From the NCBI GenBank assembly GCA_030390025.1, contig CM059431.1:114888001-114952000 (forward strand): a DNA stretch of 64,000 bases, read 5' to 3'. Position 1 is the stretch's first letter; the number at the start of each line of letters is the position of its first letter. This stretch comes from Squalus acanthias (taxonomy: Eukaryota). Made by a program: the position numbers and the translations under genes. Below the pieces are notes generated by a model. The model did not search any database and was not told the DNA's origin. It was given only the letters and a program-made list of their open reading frames with translations. Of this stretch, positions 11,672 through 24,534 are shown in pieces.

Positions 11672-13002
11672 TGCGTCTAAATCAATTTCAATGAGTCCAG
11701 GAATCCACGAGAGAAAGGCTTAGGCTGAATGGCAGCTTTAAAAGCAGCAGCTATGATGACGTCATCAGAGGCGGCCAGCCGACCCGATTGCACTCATTGG
11801 ACCGGCCAGCGCGCCTCATTGAAATCAACAAGCTCATTGAATCAAAATCGGACATCAGCAGCTGATCCCGCCGGAAGCAGCTCCGGAACCCATCCACCAC
11901 GCAACCCGACTCCAAACCGCCTCGGGAATTAAAATCGAGCCCAAGATGTGGAGAGTTCCTCATAGAGCTATCTATAAAGCAGTGACCTGCAGCAGCTTCA
12001 TGTACTTTTCATTAAGTATTATTGCACTGTTCTGATAGTTCAAATAGCTAATGCTTATGGTCCAAGCCAGAAAGAGTGAATTGACAAGGCATTAACTACT
12101 TTTGTTGGGAGCTTGTTTCTCAGATTTGCTACTTGGTCAGGGAAAGCATTTACAGTCTTGCATAAAACTTGCCAATTTTTAACTTGGGTGCCTAGCTCTG
12201 CAATCATGCTTACAATTGCATTATCATTGTCTTTGAACAGAATTTTCACTTCTTAACTTTTCTCCAATGAAACAGCGTTTAATTCTGCGGATTTGTCTTC
12301 GTAACTTGCAATATTAATATATAAACAAGTTAGTGTATGAAATACCTCTGGCCATTAGTTATATAGAAATGTCCTTGAGCTGCATCCAAGAATGCCATCA
12401 CTGTGTTATGTTAACTGTAGCCCAGTGACAATGACAGGTTAATTTTGTTGCCAGCATAGGGAAAGGAAGCCACTTCAGGGCTCTAAATCTGATGGGAAAC
12501 ATGGCCCGTTTAGTTTGTCCTCTATGGCATCTGCTCCCAACAATATACTACTATCTCATTAGTAAATCAAATATCAATCTGGCTCCATGGTGCTAAGAAT
12601 CATTATTAGCACTATAACTCAGGCAAATGCGATGGTAGGAAAATTTGGTGTCAAATTTGTTAAATAATGAATACTATTATTGCTTGGAATCACTAAATAA
12701 TTTACCAAAAGTAGTTAGTGCTATCAAGAAATATGCAACACAGCAGCACCAACAGACAGAAATTCCCATAATCAACACTGATTACTAAATGCCTTCAAAA
12801 TCACCACGATGTTTATCTTCAACCAACTCTTGCCTCCACATTTTTTAACCAAACGCAGGTATTTAAACTGCTCCCCAGAGTTATTACAAGTACAGTTGAA
12901 GTGCCACAAACAGGATTTCATCATCTTAAGGTCATTATTTCATCACTGATGCCAATGATTTTGTATAGCAGTGACTATATTTTCATCTATAAGTCAGTTA
13001 TC

Positions 13003-13672
13003 AACAAGTGCAACTTGCGTTTAGGGCCGTATAGCCTACTCCTGCTCCTATTTCTTACGTTCTTATATTGATAGATTTTTGGATACTAAGGAAATCAAGG
13101 GATATGGGGATAGTGCAGGAAGGTGGAGCTGAGATAGAAGATCAGCCATGTTCGTATTGAATGGCGGAGCAGGCTCGAAGGGCCATATGGCCTACTCCTA
13201 CTCCTATTTCTTATGTTCTTTTATGGCACCTTTAACGTCATAAAAAGCTCCATGGCACTTCATAGGAGTGTTATCGGATAAAATTTGACACCGAGCCACG
13301 TAAAGAGATAGTAGGACAGGCGACCAAAAGCTTGGTCAAAGAGGTAGGTTTTAAGGAGTGTCTTAAAGGAGGAGAGAGACTGAGGGAGAGAATTTCAGAG
13401 CTTTAGGCAGGTGAAGGCATGGCTGCCAAGGGTGGGGCAATGGAAATCGGGGATGCAAAAGGGGCAAGAATTGGAGGAGGGCAGAGATCTCAGAAGGTTG
13501 CCGGGCTGGAGGAGATTACAGAGATAGGGAGGGGCGAGGCCATAGAGGGATTTAAACACCCAGATGAGAATTTTAAATTCCAAGCCTTGCCAGACCGGGA
13601 GTCAATGTAGATAAGCTAGCATAGCGGTGATGGGTGAACGAGACTTGGTGCGAGTTAGGATATGAGTAGCAG
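13003..13672 (-). mobile_element. L2 LINE 3' fragment with two short CR1 3' tails (+ strand, 13022-13221) inserted in its tail
   Basis: 13222-13672 matches the L2 3' region (ORF FKILIWVFKSLYGLAPPYLCNLLQ). 13022-13065 and 13066-13221 each end in GCCTACTCCT(G/A)CTCCTATTTCTTA(C/T)GTTCTT. Confidence 0.8.
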
Positions 13673-14394
13673 ATATCATAGAATATTATGTTGAAGATGC
13701 TGCTTTCAAATATAATTTCACCTTTCATTATATAAATTTTAAAACTTAGAAATATGTTTGTGATCTCTTTTCATAGTGCTTTTAATAGACAAGGATGAAA
13801 CCGCTTAGAGGCTTTATTTAAGGCTTTTGTGCAATTTACGCCTTTTGTGTGAGTGAAGGAAAATAATTCTGTTTGATTCTGCCTTATGTACTTGAGCTTT
13901 GTCCTCTTTGCATTCATTCCCATAGATCTGGATGTTCTAACTTTAAAATGTCCTCACCTGTGCATACATGTGTCACACTTGAGTGTAATGTTATCATTCC
14001 TTTGCTCGTTCCTCCCCATTGGCATTTTCATCACACACTCATAATTTCAAATTGGATTTGGAACTGAACTATTGCAAATATTTTTGAGTTTTGTCTGAAC
14101 TAAAAAGTTCAGCTCCACCATAGAGTAAAGTAGTAAAGAAGGCCTTTAGGTCAACATTTTATGATCAATAAGAAAGGATTTGCATTACATATGTTCGTTT
14201 TTATTAATAGTGCATCAATACTACAGTATTTACATAATTTAGTGAAATATTAGACCTTTTTTAATTGCTCAAAATTGATTTCAGTTGAAGTAAATTACTT
14301 GTATTTGTAAGGAGTAGGATAGGGTTAATCTAGTTGCTTCTTATCTAGTTCTATGCAATTTTGTTGGCTATGGTGTGGAAGTCTGAAATCTCAT

Positions 14395-14685
14395 CACTGG
14401 GAACAAGGGAATTGGGCATTATTTTCAAAGACAAGCAATCTTTTCCAGATGTGCCAAATGCTGAGTTCCTTCCATGCTATTTCCTGTTAGCCTGGATTGG
14501 AGCAGCTGCTGCCATGGTTTGGGGACACCTAGCCAACTTTTTCCTCTTCCTTAAGCATGGAAAAACTTGCAGTGTCAGAGTGATTTATTGTCTTTGGTTC
14601 CCAGAACTTCTTGATCATCTGGGATCTTAGTCTGACTTAGAACATAATTGCTCTGCGTGCTGCACACCAGGATTTGGTTATTCAT
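14395..14685 (-). mobile_element. Degenerate copy of the 47262-type SINE
   Basis: Weak similarity to 39930-40318 and 46148-46330 (CTGGGATCTT...GCACACCAG...). Confidence 0.4.
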
Positions 14686-16000
14686 TCATCATGTGTGTGT
14701 CGCTGGATGACTGGGCAATTGATGGTGTAGTTTGATATAAATCTGATGGTAAATAAAAGTCATTATGTTTAGGATTTTTTCATATTATTGTGAGGATAAA
14801 AAGATGATAGAAAACCATTTTAAATTAAGATACTATTTTATAAATTGAGTGTTATTTTCAAGTATCTTAAGTGCACACCATTGCATTTGGTACTGCTCCT
14901 ACATAATTCATCTGTTTACCAGGTGAATTTTACAATTTAAAAGCTGAGTCACATTTTGTAAAATGTATCTGTAATGCTAGATGCTTTCAACATTTAAACC
15001 TGGCATTTTTGACGGGTTCCAGCTAGAACTATAGCCTGTTTAAAAGAAAATAGTTCCAGAACTGCACCATGTTTTATTTTGCACTTAGACATGTTATAAA
15101 ATAAATTGTGGTTGTTTCTTCTTTCCTAATTTGAAAGTTTGGTGTCCTATTGCTTTATTAGATGCTCCAATGCATAGGGAGCAGTGATAAATGGTTAGAC
15201 CGTCTTTCGGGTGCTATCTGCTCTCCTACGAACTGAAGTTTAACTTACACAAAATAGCCCTCGAGATTTAAAAAAAACAGCTGTGGCTCAGTTGCATGTG
15301 AACCTACTTCTGCAAAAGAGACTTACATTGGGAAACAAATAGGAAAATATTTATGCCACATGTGTGGACTAGAAAATGTGGAATTATTTACATCCATGTT
15401 AGGTGATAATGATTAAATTTCGAAGATTGAAACAAGTTGTGTTTGACACGAAGACTGTTTTTGAATTTAATATTTAGACTTTAGTTAGGGGATTTTCAAG
15501 ATGGCGGCCATTCACTTCTGGAAAAGAAATAACAGGGTTGCTTTTACAAATTTGCGCTCCCGGCATGGAGCTTTGCACATTGGGAGAGCATACAGGGAAT
15601 TCAGGCAATGAAATCAGTGGGCCACACACTAATTTCCATCTATCCTTGCTGACCTCTGTGCCTGAATTCCTGATGTGCATTCTTGATGCACGAAGCACTG
15701 GAGTAAAGCTAGATTAAGAATTCCTGGTGCCTCTGACCAACGGCACAACCCCCTCTATCCTTTAACACACAAACGTGTAGTAGAATGCACGAGGAAATAG
15801 ACCCCTAGAATGTTTACACACTGCGCTAATAATAATAATATATCACAATATATTACACTTAAATGAAACTGCTCCAGTGGGGTCCCCATAGTTGGTTGGA
15901 GCCCTTTAGCACCGACTCTAGGCCCATGCATTCATTCGCTGCTGCTCTGGAGTGGGAGCACAATTCATATAATTTACCCAAATATGCTTGTGTTACTTTT

Positions 16001-16448
16001 TGGCTCAGTGAGGTAGTGCTATTATTGCCTCTTGAGTTAGAAGGTTGTCAGTTCAAGCTCCACTCCAGGGTGTGAGCACCTAATTCACGCTAGTATTCCA
16101 GTGCTGTACTGAGGAAATGCTGCTTTGTTGGAGGTGCCATTCTCTGGGTGAAACATTGACCTGAGGCCTCTTTAACCTGTTCAGGTGAAAATTAAAGATT
16201 CCATGGTACTATTCGCAGGAGAAAAAAGAGAGTTCTCCCAGTCCACTAGCCCACATAATTCCCTTAACCAATGCTACCGAAATATAGATTAACTGGTCAT
16301 TCATCTAATTGCAGTTAGTGGGATCTTGCTGTGCATAAAATAGTGTGTCATATTTATCTACTTAACAACAGTCACTGCACTTCAAATTATGTGAAGCATT
16401 CTGGCATGTTTCTGACAGATGTGATATGGTGCTATATAAATGCAAGCC
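16001..16448 (+). mobile_element. SacSINE1-like DeuSINE, diverged
   Basis: tRNA-like head TGGCTCAGTGAGGTAG...GTTCAAGCTCCACTCC, body aligns to 23904-24300, L2-type tail GCTATATAAATGCAAG. Confidence 0.75.
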
Positions 16449-17393
16449 TTTTAATTGGGAGTATTCACAAACCTTCTGAATATTGTTTTAACTAAAATTG
16501 AATTACGTACAATTATAAATTATTATGTGTGTCGATACTGGGTAATTGACAATGTGATAAACCTCACTCATGGAAATACTTATTACAAACCTATTCATTA
16601 GTAGCATAGATGTGGAATTAATTATATTTGATTTTCTAAAGTCACCACATGATCTTTTTTTGTGAAGAACAGAATGGAAGCTGCAGCGTTTACTCAGATG
16701 AGATTAACTTTTGCCTACCCAGAGTGATTAACATAAGTACAACACCACACAGAGTATTTTTCAAAACTAGCATAACAATGTTGGTTATACATATTGGGCC
16801 GGGTTTTATGGTCAGCGGTGAACGAACGGCACCAGCTGTTCGTTACACTTACACTTGCCCATAGACTTTCTATGGGTTTTTGCACTGGAAGTTCCTGTCA
16901 GCCAACCATCCAAAAAGCGCAGCGCCCTCTACAGGGCATCTGGGACCTCTGTGAATCAGGCAAGCAACTGTGTATCTCCTTAACCAATCAGATTGAAGAA
17001 TCGTTAATGAGCAGCAGAGTCTGAACCAGGAAGTGTCAGTTATTTTAATTCAATGTCATATCATGTACAGAAAGCCAAATAAAGAGAGTGAAAGAAAGAT
17101 TAGATTAAGAGATAGCGATGAGATAGATAAAAGAGAAAGAAAAAGTGAAAAAAAGTTTTATGTAAATTGTTTCATTTTTAAAAAATCTCCAAAAAATAAT
17201 TAAAATCTGAAGAAATGAAACTCCACACTTGTAAAAGTTAATTTTCAGTGTCAGAGAGGATGTTTGGCATTAATTAAGATGTATCACACCATTAATTGGG
17301 TATGATGCGGAGATGCCGGTGGTGTTGGACTGGGGTGGACAAAAGTGAGAAGTCGCACAACACCAGGTTATAGTCCAACAGCTTTATTTGAAA

Positions 17394-17430
17394 TCACAAG
17401 CTTTCGGAGCGCTGCTCCTTCGTCAGGTGA
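17394..17430 (-). ncRNA. Minimal type I hammerhead ribozyme motif (minus-strand copy)
   Basis: Exact reverse complement of 17523-17559. Confidence 0.72.
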
Positions 17431-17522
17431 AGTGAAGAAATACAAATGGGCACAGCATATATATAGACAGAGTCTATATATATGCTGTCTATATATGCTG
17501 TGCCCATTTGTATTTCTTCACT

Positions 17523-17559
17523 TCACCTGACGAAGGAGCAGCGCTCCGAAAGCTTGTGA
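17523..17559 (+). ncRNA. Minimal type I hammerhead ribozyme motif
   Basis: TCAC-CTGACGA-A-GGAGC agc GCTCC-GAAA-GC-TT-GTGA: CUGANGA and GAAA cores, 5-bp helix II, helix I TCAC/GTGA, palindromic loop-less helix III (AGCT). Confidence 0.75.
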
Positions 17560-17714
17560 TTTCAAATAAAGCTGTTGGACTATAACCTGGTGTTGTGCGA
17601 CTTCTCACATTAATTGGGTACTTATACTGGAATGGACAAGCCCTAAATTTTTCTGGCGAGTTTAGTGCGTATCTATGAGGTAAGTACAGGAAATTCATGC
17701 TGTTCAATGTATTT

Positions 17715-18876
17715 TGACACGGTTGACCATTCCATCCTTCTCCAACGCCTCTCCACTGTCATCCAGCTGGGTGGGACTGCACTCGCCTGTTTCCATTCTT
17801 ATCTATCTAATCGTAGCCAGAGAATCACCTGCAACAGCTTCTCTTCCTGCTCCCGCATCGTTACCTCTGGTATCCTCCAAGGATCTATCGTTGGCCCCCT
17901 CCTATTTCTCATCTACATGTTGCCCCTTGGCAACATCATCCGAAAACACAACATCAGTTTCCACATGTACGCTGACGACACCCAGCTCTACCTCACTACC
18001 ACTTCTCTCAACCCCTCCATGGTCTCTAAATTGTCAGACTGCTTGTCCGACATCCAGTTCTGGATGAGCAAAAATTTTCTCCAATTAAATATTGGGAAGA
18101 CCAAAGCCATTGTTTTCTGTCCTCGCCACAAACTCCGTTCCCTAGCCAGTGACTCCATCCCTCTCCCGAACATCTGTCTGAGGCTGAACCACACTGTTCG
18201 CAACCTTGGTGTCATATTTGACCCTGAAATTAGCTTCTGACCACATATCCACAGCATAACTAAGAACGCCTATTTCCACCTCCGTAACACCGCCCTTGCC
18301 TCACCTCATCCGCTGCTGAAACCCTCATCCATGCCTTTGTTACCTCTAGACTTGACTATTCCAATGCACTCCTGGCTGGCCTCCCACATTCTACCCTACG
18401 TAAACTTGAGGTCATCCAAAACTCGGCTGCCCGTGTCCTAACTCGCACTACATTGGCTCCCGGTTAAGTAACGCCTCGATTTCAAAATTCTCATCCTTGT
18501 TTTCAAATCCCTCCATGGCCTCGCCCCATCTCTGTAATCTCCTTCAGCCCCACAACCCCCCGAGATATCTGAGCTCCTCTAATTCTGGCCTCTTGAGCAT
18601 CCCTGATTATAATCGCTCAACCATCGGTGGCCGTGCCTTCTGTTGCCTAGGCCCTAAGCTCTGGAATTCCCTGCCTAAACCTCTCCGCCTCGCTACCTCT
18701 CTTTCCTCCTTTAAGACCCTCCTTAAAACCTACCTCTTTGACCAAGCTTTTGGTCACCTGCCCTAAGTTCTCCTATGTGGCTCAGTGTCAAATTTTTTGT
18801 CTTTTAACACTCCTGTGAAGCGCACTGGGACATTTTACTACGTTGAAGGCGCTATATAAATACAAGTTGTTGTTGT
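17715..18876 (+). mobile_element. 5'-truncated L2 LINE (RT and 3' end)
   Basis: RT motifs [28 protein letters not shown]. 3' end GCGCTATATAAATACAAG(TTG)n. Flanking duplication TGTATTT at 17708-17714 and 18877-18883. Confidence 0.92.
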
Positions 18877-20102
18877 TGTATTTGAATGTGAGTCTCTTGG
18901 TGAGATGCTGTTATCGCGCAGCTTTTAGAGGAGCAAGGCATCTCGGATAGCAACTTCCTGATTTCCGCGTTTAACTGCGCATGTGTGGTCACCAGAAGTT
19001 GCTGTCCAATTTACACGTTAATAAGAGTGAGAGCTGTTGGCCTCATCGTTATTTCTACCACAAAATCTAGCCCAATATATTCAGTGCACAGAAAGCCAGT
19101 CTTCATTTTAAGACTATTGCACGTGATAACAACGTCAGGTAATTCATTAATAGAGTGCATTAAAGAAAGACACGGTGGGGTAAGGGTTAACTGTCCCAGA
19201 AGAAGTAATTATATAATGGTCGAAGTGAATGGGGGCCACATTTTCCACATGGTTCAATGATATCCTGAAGGTAATTTCTTTTTAATTCAGACTGGTATCA
19301 GTGCCCACCCAGAAGGCTCAATAACCATCCAGCTTTGCTATGGTTTTATTTATACTGTAGTCTTCTTTCCTGAATCCTGCGATATAAACTATTAATGAAT
19401 GACTCATTTGCATAAGTCCTTGCCTGTTGGCAAATACTTGTCGGTGTGAAACTTTGAATAGCTGCTGTTTTGCCTCTCAGTGCCCGTACTATGTCAATGC
19501 TTGCAATTAGCCCGAGAAGAAGCAGCACAGGGGAAAAATTGCTGACAATAATTGACCACAGCCAGCAAAAGCATTGTATTAGTTGTGAGTTTTGCATGCT
19601 GCTGCTTGAAGTCTAAAGTTTTAGCGGCTTAAATAAATAAACAACCATTAAATGTTTGAATACAAAGATGTAAGAAGTTACATGGTGTTTGCTTTAAACT
19701 CCAGGCACCTGGGGGTTTAGTGTGTGTGTCCTCCCCCCAGTGTTACTGTGATAGTTTTTGGGCAATAGTTCTATTCTTGAAATCGTACTATTGGCAGAAT
19801 TTCCCAAAGCAAACATGTTTGTTATTAAATTACTGTTTTGTTTCCTGAAGCCAGGTCAAGGACTGTGACCTTGGGAGTACAGATCTAATTTCTTTTTTCA
19901 ATCATTTCCTGAAGTAGTTTTTTTTAGTTATTTGATGAGTGATGTGATTATTTAATATTCTTTGATTTAAAATTTATTCTTTTTAAAAAAGCAACAAAAG
20001 AAGTACATTCAGCACACGCTTGCATTATTTTCTATGGGATAATGTCTGCTGCATTGTCATATGCCACCACTGGCAGTAATGTCACACTTACAGCACCTAA
20101 TA

Positions 20103-20345
20103 TAAGAACATAGGAACAGGCCATTCAGCCCCTCAAGCCTGTTCCTGATCTAACCTCAACTCCATTTACCTTCATTTGATCGATGTCTCTTGATACTCTT
20201 AGCTAATACCTAGGAAAAAGCTCTTCTGCATCTACTCTATCGCATCCTTTTATCATTTGAAACACCACAATTTGATCATCCTGCAACCTTTTACATTCAA
20301 GGGAATGCAAGCCAAGTTTATGCAACCTGTCCTCATAATTGAACA
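20103..20345 (-). mobile_element. CR1 3' fragment
   Basis: Starts TAAGAACATAGGAACAGGCCATTCAGCCCCTCAAGCCTG, the reverse complement of a CR1 tail. Confidence 0.65.
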
Positions 20346-20355
20346 TTGTTATATA

Positions 20356-21985
20356 AGGTCAATCTTAATTCTGGAGAGGAGTCAGGCAGTGGACGGGTGG
20401 AGTGTGGAGGGTGGTGGGGGGGGGGTGGAGGGAGGCGATGCCAAGCCCTCCTGATGATATCAGTGTGAGGCTTGGGGCCATTTTAACATTTGAAGGATGG
20501 GCTGCTCTCCCGCTCGCCTGCAGAATCAAGCAGCCCATCCACCTGGCACGTGTAATTTCTGGCATAATTCCAGAGGCCTACTGAATGTGGGGATGCACCT
20601 CCTAATGCATCCCCCGCTTGCATTGTTTACTGAACAACTGTTGGCTGCAAAGATGAGTCACAGGGCTGCCCTCCACTTTTCAGATGTCTCCCTGGAGGTC
20701 CTAGTGGAGGCAGCGATGGCTAGGAGGGAGATACTCTTCCCCAGCACCAGCACGCGTATCCCCAAGGCCACTGTCAAGCAGGCTTGGATAGAGGTCAGTG
20801 CCACCAGCATCGCCCCCAGGATCTGGGTTCAATGTAGAAAGCAGTTCAATGGCCTCCCAAGAGCAGTAAGGGTGAGTGCACCTCTTCACTTTTCTCACCA
20901 GCACCTCACAACAATCCTCCCACCCCCCCTCCCTCATCATTCCCAACAATTACCTCGCCTCCAACACATCTTCAACATAGAATCACAACAGCACACTGCA
21001 ACACCTCCCTTGTTCAGTCCAAGCACACTCACCTCTTCCTTTCCTCTTTTCACTCAGTGGTAGCACTCTCGCCTCTGAGTCAGAATGTTGTGGGTTCAAA
21101 TCCCACTCCAGAGACTTGAGCACAAAAATCTAGGCTGACATTCCAGTGCAGTACTGAAGGGGTGCGGCACTTTTGGAGATGCCATCTTTTGGATGGGACA
21201 TTAGACCCAGCCTTTGTCTGTCCGTTCAACAGGCTCCTGCAGAAGAACAGACCTTGGAGGAGGGCAAACCTCCTGAGGATGGAACATAAGGCACTCCACT
21301 CCTCGGAGGCACCAGCTCAGACACTGGCACTCTGCGTGATAGTGAGCTAGAGGGGTCTGCATGTGGTGAAACACCCAGCACTAGTGGGCAGCAGCAGCAG
21401 AGACGGACCAGGAGAGGCCTCGCAGAATAGCAGGGCCCTCTCCCAACTCTGCTGAGAAAGACAGCGGTGAGGATTTTGTGGGCCCAACCACGTGCTGGCC
21501 TCCTATACGAGGTATTGGTAGGCGTGCCAAGGAGCTTCAGTACTATGGCTGAGAGTGTGGAGGAGTCCACAGTTATCCTCTGTGGTATCATCTTGCATGG
21601 CATCACTACTCTGCAGTCTACCCTGGATAGTGCGGTCACCTCCAGGGACTCTGCATCCAGACCCTCACAGCACAAGTCCATGCTACCACACTTTGCAGCT
21701 TTGGCGGAAGCTCAAATGACTGTCGTGCAGACTGTGGGCTTCACAATAGAGATATTGGGATGTTGAATTTATAGAGGCTTTTAAGGGGGTCACTCAACTT
21801 CTGCAGTCTGCTCTCCCGAGATTAGTGGTAGTGATGATCCCACGGGAGTGGCAGTGACGTGATGGGAGCAGTACGTGCTGGCCTCTCTCAAGAAGTCAGC
21901 GCGTCTGCACATTCACGCCCTCTCAACCATTACCTGCTATGGTGCCAGCAAGCCAGTTGGTCCAGACTGCCCCGGCAACATCATT
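20356..21985 (+). pseudogene. Truncated Harbinger remnant with a Myb/SANT gene fragment
   Basis: ORF 20497-21063 contains RAALHFSDVSLEVLVEAAMARREILFP...AWIEVSA...RIWVQCRKQFNGL, then a GTGAGT donor. Downstream sequence resembles exon 3 of the other copies. No right TIR seen. Confidence 0.72.
21052..21222 (+). mobile_element. SacSINE1-like SINE 5' fragment inside the Harbinger remnant
   Basis: GGTAGCACTCTCGCCTCTGAGTCAGAA...GGGTTCAAATCCCACTCCAG matches the head of 23904. Confidence 0.8.
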
Positions 21986-23008
21986 CAAAGAGTGACTATT
22001 ATATTGCGTTTGGTAGTAATCTTTTCATGTACAGAGGAAGCAAATCTTAATTTCAGCAGGATTCCAGTTCTACCTACATTGGAAGATTTCTTTATCTCAA
22101 AAGGAATTATAAACTCTTTGGTATTTGGTAAACTCCGCAAGAACATTACCAATATATTGGGATCCTGTGCTTTCCAGTTCAAATCAAAACATTTTACATT
22201 TACAAAAAATTTATATATTTAAGAAATACAGAGGCTTTTGTATCTGCAACTAAGGAAATCAATGTTAATCAAGAAAGAAAGGTTCAAAATAGCTTGCTTA
22301 AACAGCTGGAGAGTGACTATTTTTCAAAGATGTCTATTCCATATTGGTGTCTTTATCTGTTCCAGACATTTTCTTAATCAGCAAACTATTGCTGTTTCCT
22401 ATACAAAGTCATCTCTTGGATTGGCAATTGCCTTAATTTTTTCAGAGTGTGTCTCAGTAACAGAGATACATCTCAGGCTATGTAGAATTCACTTTAATCA
22501 TTATTTCGCTTTTTCAATTTGATCTGAAATATCTGTCTTGGAAAACATGCAATCTGTTGTCTGTTCCATGTTTTGAGGCTTGTAATCAACTTTACAGTTT
22601 CATTTTTCCATTCTGGAGACTACTTGCTTTATATCTTGCTTTCCGACTAAGAGATTTTCTCTCTCGGGATTGCTTCACCAAATTTTGTCTAACAACACAG
22701 GTCACTTAATGCTTTAAGCTCCACTTGGAAGTGAAAGTATCAAGGGGATGTTGGCTGAATTAGCATGCATGACTTCATAATCCTGGATTTTCACCTGTAC
22801 CTGAAAACTCCCCAAATGCACTGTCCCATTCGCCAGTCCCATGTTCTCCCTGCTGATTAAATCACTCTACGTACTTTCTATTGTCGGGTGTATGAGATTT
22901 TAAGGCCAATAATGAGGTGCATGGCATTCACTAGCCTCATTGAGGCCTCAAAAAATGTTAATGAGATCATTGCCCCATAATGTGAACTTGGTGCCTGAAC
23001 ATAACTTC

Positions 23009-23173
23009 TGGGGGTCATTTTCACTTTGGGCATCGGTGGAATACTGGTGGTTGCAGATTGGCCGCCCATTATACACACCATCTAATTTTGCTTTCCATTG
23101 AAGTCATGTGTTTAACAGACAGCCAATCCACATGCCAAGATTACTACTCGGTGGTGAAAGTTAAAATCAACCC
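23009..23173. mobile_element. Tiny Harbinger-type MITE
   Basis: Imperfect TIRs GGGGTCATTTTCACTTT and AAAGTTAAAATCAACCC. Confidence 0.5.
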
Positions 23174-23903
23174 GTGGAATTCACTGCCCATATATAACAG
23201 GCACTGTATGGTTGGCCTGTTCAGCCATGTTGATTCCCAGTCCTTAAAGGGGAGTCTCCTTTGTAGTTGCTCTTACACTTTGAGTTTGCGCTGTATATTC
23301 TACTCTGGTGCAGTGTCTCCAACCACTCCCATAAGTGGAGTTTATGTCCCCTATGAACTGGAGTGCATCTTTACCTGTACAATATCTTGGTAAAAAATAG
23401 AAAAATTCAGAGATCAAGAAGATAACCCTTGTCACTGTACTCTGCTTACTGTGACATACCTTGTGCAGCCATGTAATTATCTTTGTCTTCAGTCAGCGGA
23501 TTGAATATATACTTAATCAGACCATGGCTCATGTAAACCAACAGATAATTTATTTAATATTAAACAGGTAAATGAACATAATTCAGTGCAACATAGCATA
23601 TTTACAATAACTTACAAACTTTACTATCCTCCTTGAAGTGTTAAACCAACAGATATGTCTCCTAATCTAAACTTAAATATAACAATGATCCTGGTAAATG
23701 TTTGCTCACTTCTTACATGGCCAAAAGCTACCACAGAGTCAGACTAAGCTGATCTGGGCACAGGCAGCCCAATATTAACTCACAATTGGAAACCCCTGGC
23801 TAGAGTTTTGTGTCAAAAGGGCTACAAAGAATTCTTGCACCTTCTCGTAGGTTCGACCCATGTCTTCACCCCAATCACAGCTGTCAATCAAGAATCACGA
23901 CCA

Positions 23904-24300
23904 CAGCCGTGGCTCCATCGGTAGCACTCATGCCTCTGAGTCAGAAGGTTGTGGGTTCAAGTCCCACTCCAGTGCAGTACTGAGGGAGTGCTGTACTGTT
24001 GGAAGTGCCGGCTTTCGGATGAGACGTTAAACCAAGGCCCCTTCTGCTCTCTCAGATGGACGTAAAAGATCCCATGGTCAATATTTATCCCTTAATCAAC
24101 ATCATAAAAAAAGCAAATTATCTGGCCATTATAACATTGCTTTTTGTGGAAGCTTGCTGTGTGCAATTTGGCTGTCGCGTTTCCTAGATTACAACAGTGA
24201 CTACACTTCAAAAGTACTTCATTGGCTGTAAAGCGCTTTGGGACATCCTGAGGTCATGAAAGGCACTACATAAATACATGTATTTCTTTCTTCTTTCTTT
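23904..24300 (+). mobile_element. SacSINE1-like DeuSINE
   Basis: tRNA head (CAGCCGTGGCTCCATCGGTAG, GGGTTCAAGTCCC), Deu-type core (CGGATGAGACGTTAAACC...GTAAAAGATCCCATGG), L2-like tail and (TTTC)n. Confidence 0.85.
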
Positions 24301-24534
24301 CAGATAGGCTTAAATCATTGATCTGTGCCAGCTAACTTGAATGACATGCTCAAGATTCTGGGGAGGCATGCCAGAACATAAGACATTAACAAACTAGCCC
24401 TCACAACTACATTAGATCAACAGCTATTAACACAATACTTTAAAAAGAAACACAGGACATTAGTCCTACTCTGAACTGATCAACCCCACTCCCCAGTTCA
24501 TTGCTGCTGTAATAATCTAATTGTCACCTGTTTC

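Larger units (their letters stand above)
7392..11942 (-). mobile_element. Non-autonomous PIF/Harbinger transposon (Myb/SANT gene kept, transposase core deleted, solo LTR inside)
   Basis: TIRs GGGCTCGAATTTAAT and ATTAAAATCGAGCCC (14/15). 3-bp TSD AAG at 7389-7391 and 11943-11945. Collinear with the element at 29191-33298. Confidence 0.88.
17303..17608. mobile_element. Penelope-like element remnant: inverted pLTR fold-back with 3' tail
   Basis: 12-bp TSD ATTAATTGGGTA at 17291-17302 and 17609-17620. Perfect inverted arms 17345-17463 and 17490-17608. An unpaired ~42-nt extension (17303-17344) resembles the PLE 3' tail. The hammerhead motif followed by AATAAA is typical of PLE pLTRs. Confidence 0.85.
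16796..19073. mobile_element. Harbinger-type MITE hosting a nested Penelope hairpin and an L2
   Basis: TIRs GGGCCGGGTTTTATGGT and ACCACAAAATCTAGCCC, GC-rich ends, AT-rich middle. About 0.8 kb remains after removing the two nested insertions. Confidence 0.65.

Noticed and set aside
17345..17707. Identical peptides on both strands (RSRTTPGYSPTALFEIT...)
   Set aside because: A consequence of the DNA palindrome, not genes.
21052..21115. tRNA gene (likewise at 23904 and 16001)
   Set aside because: It continues directly into a SINE body, so it is a SINE head.
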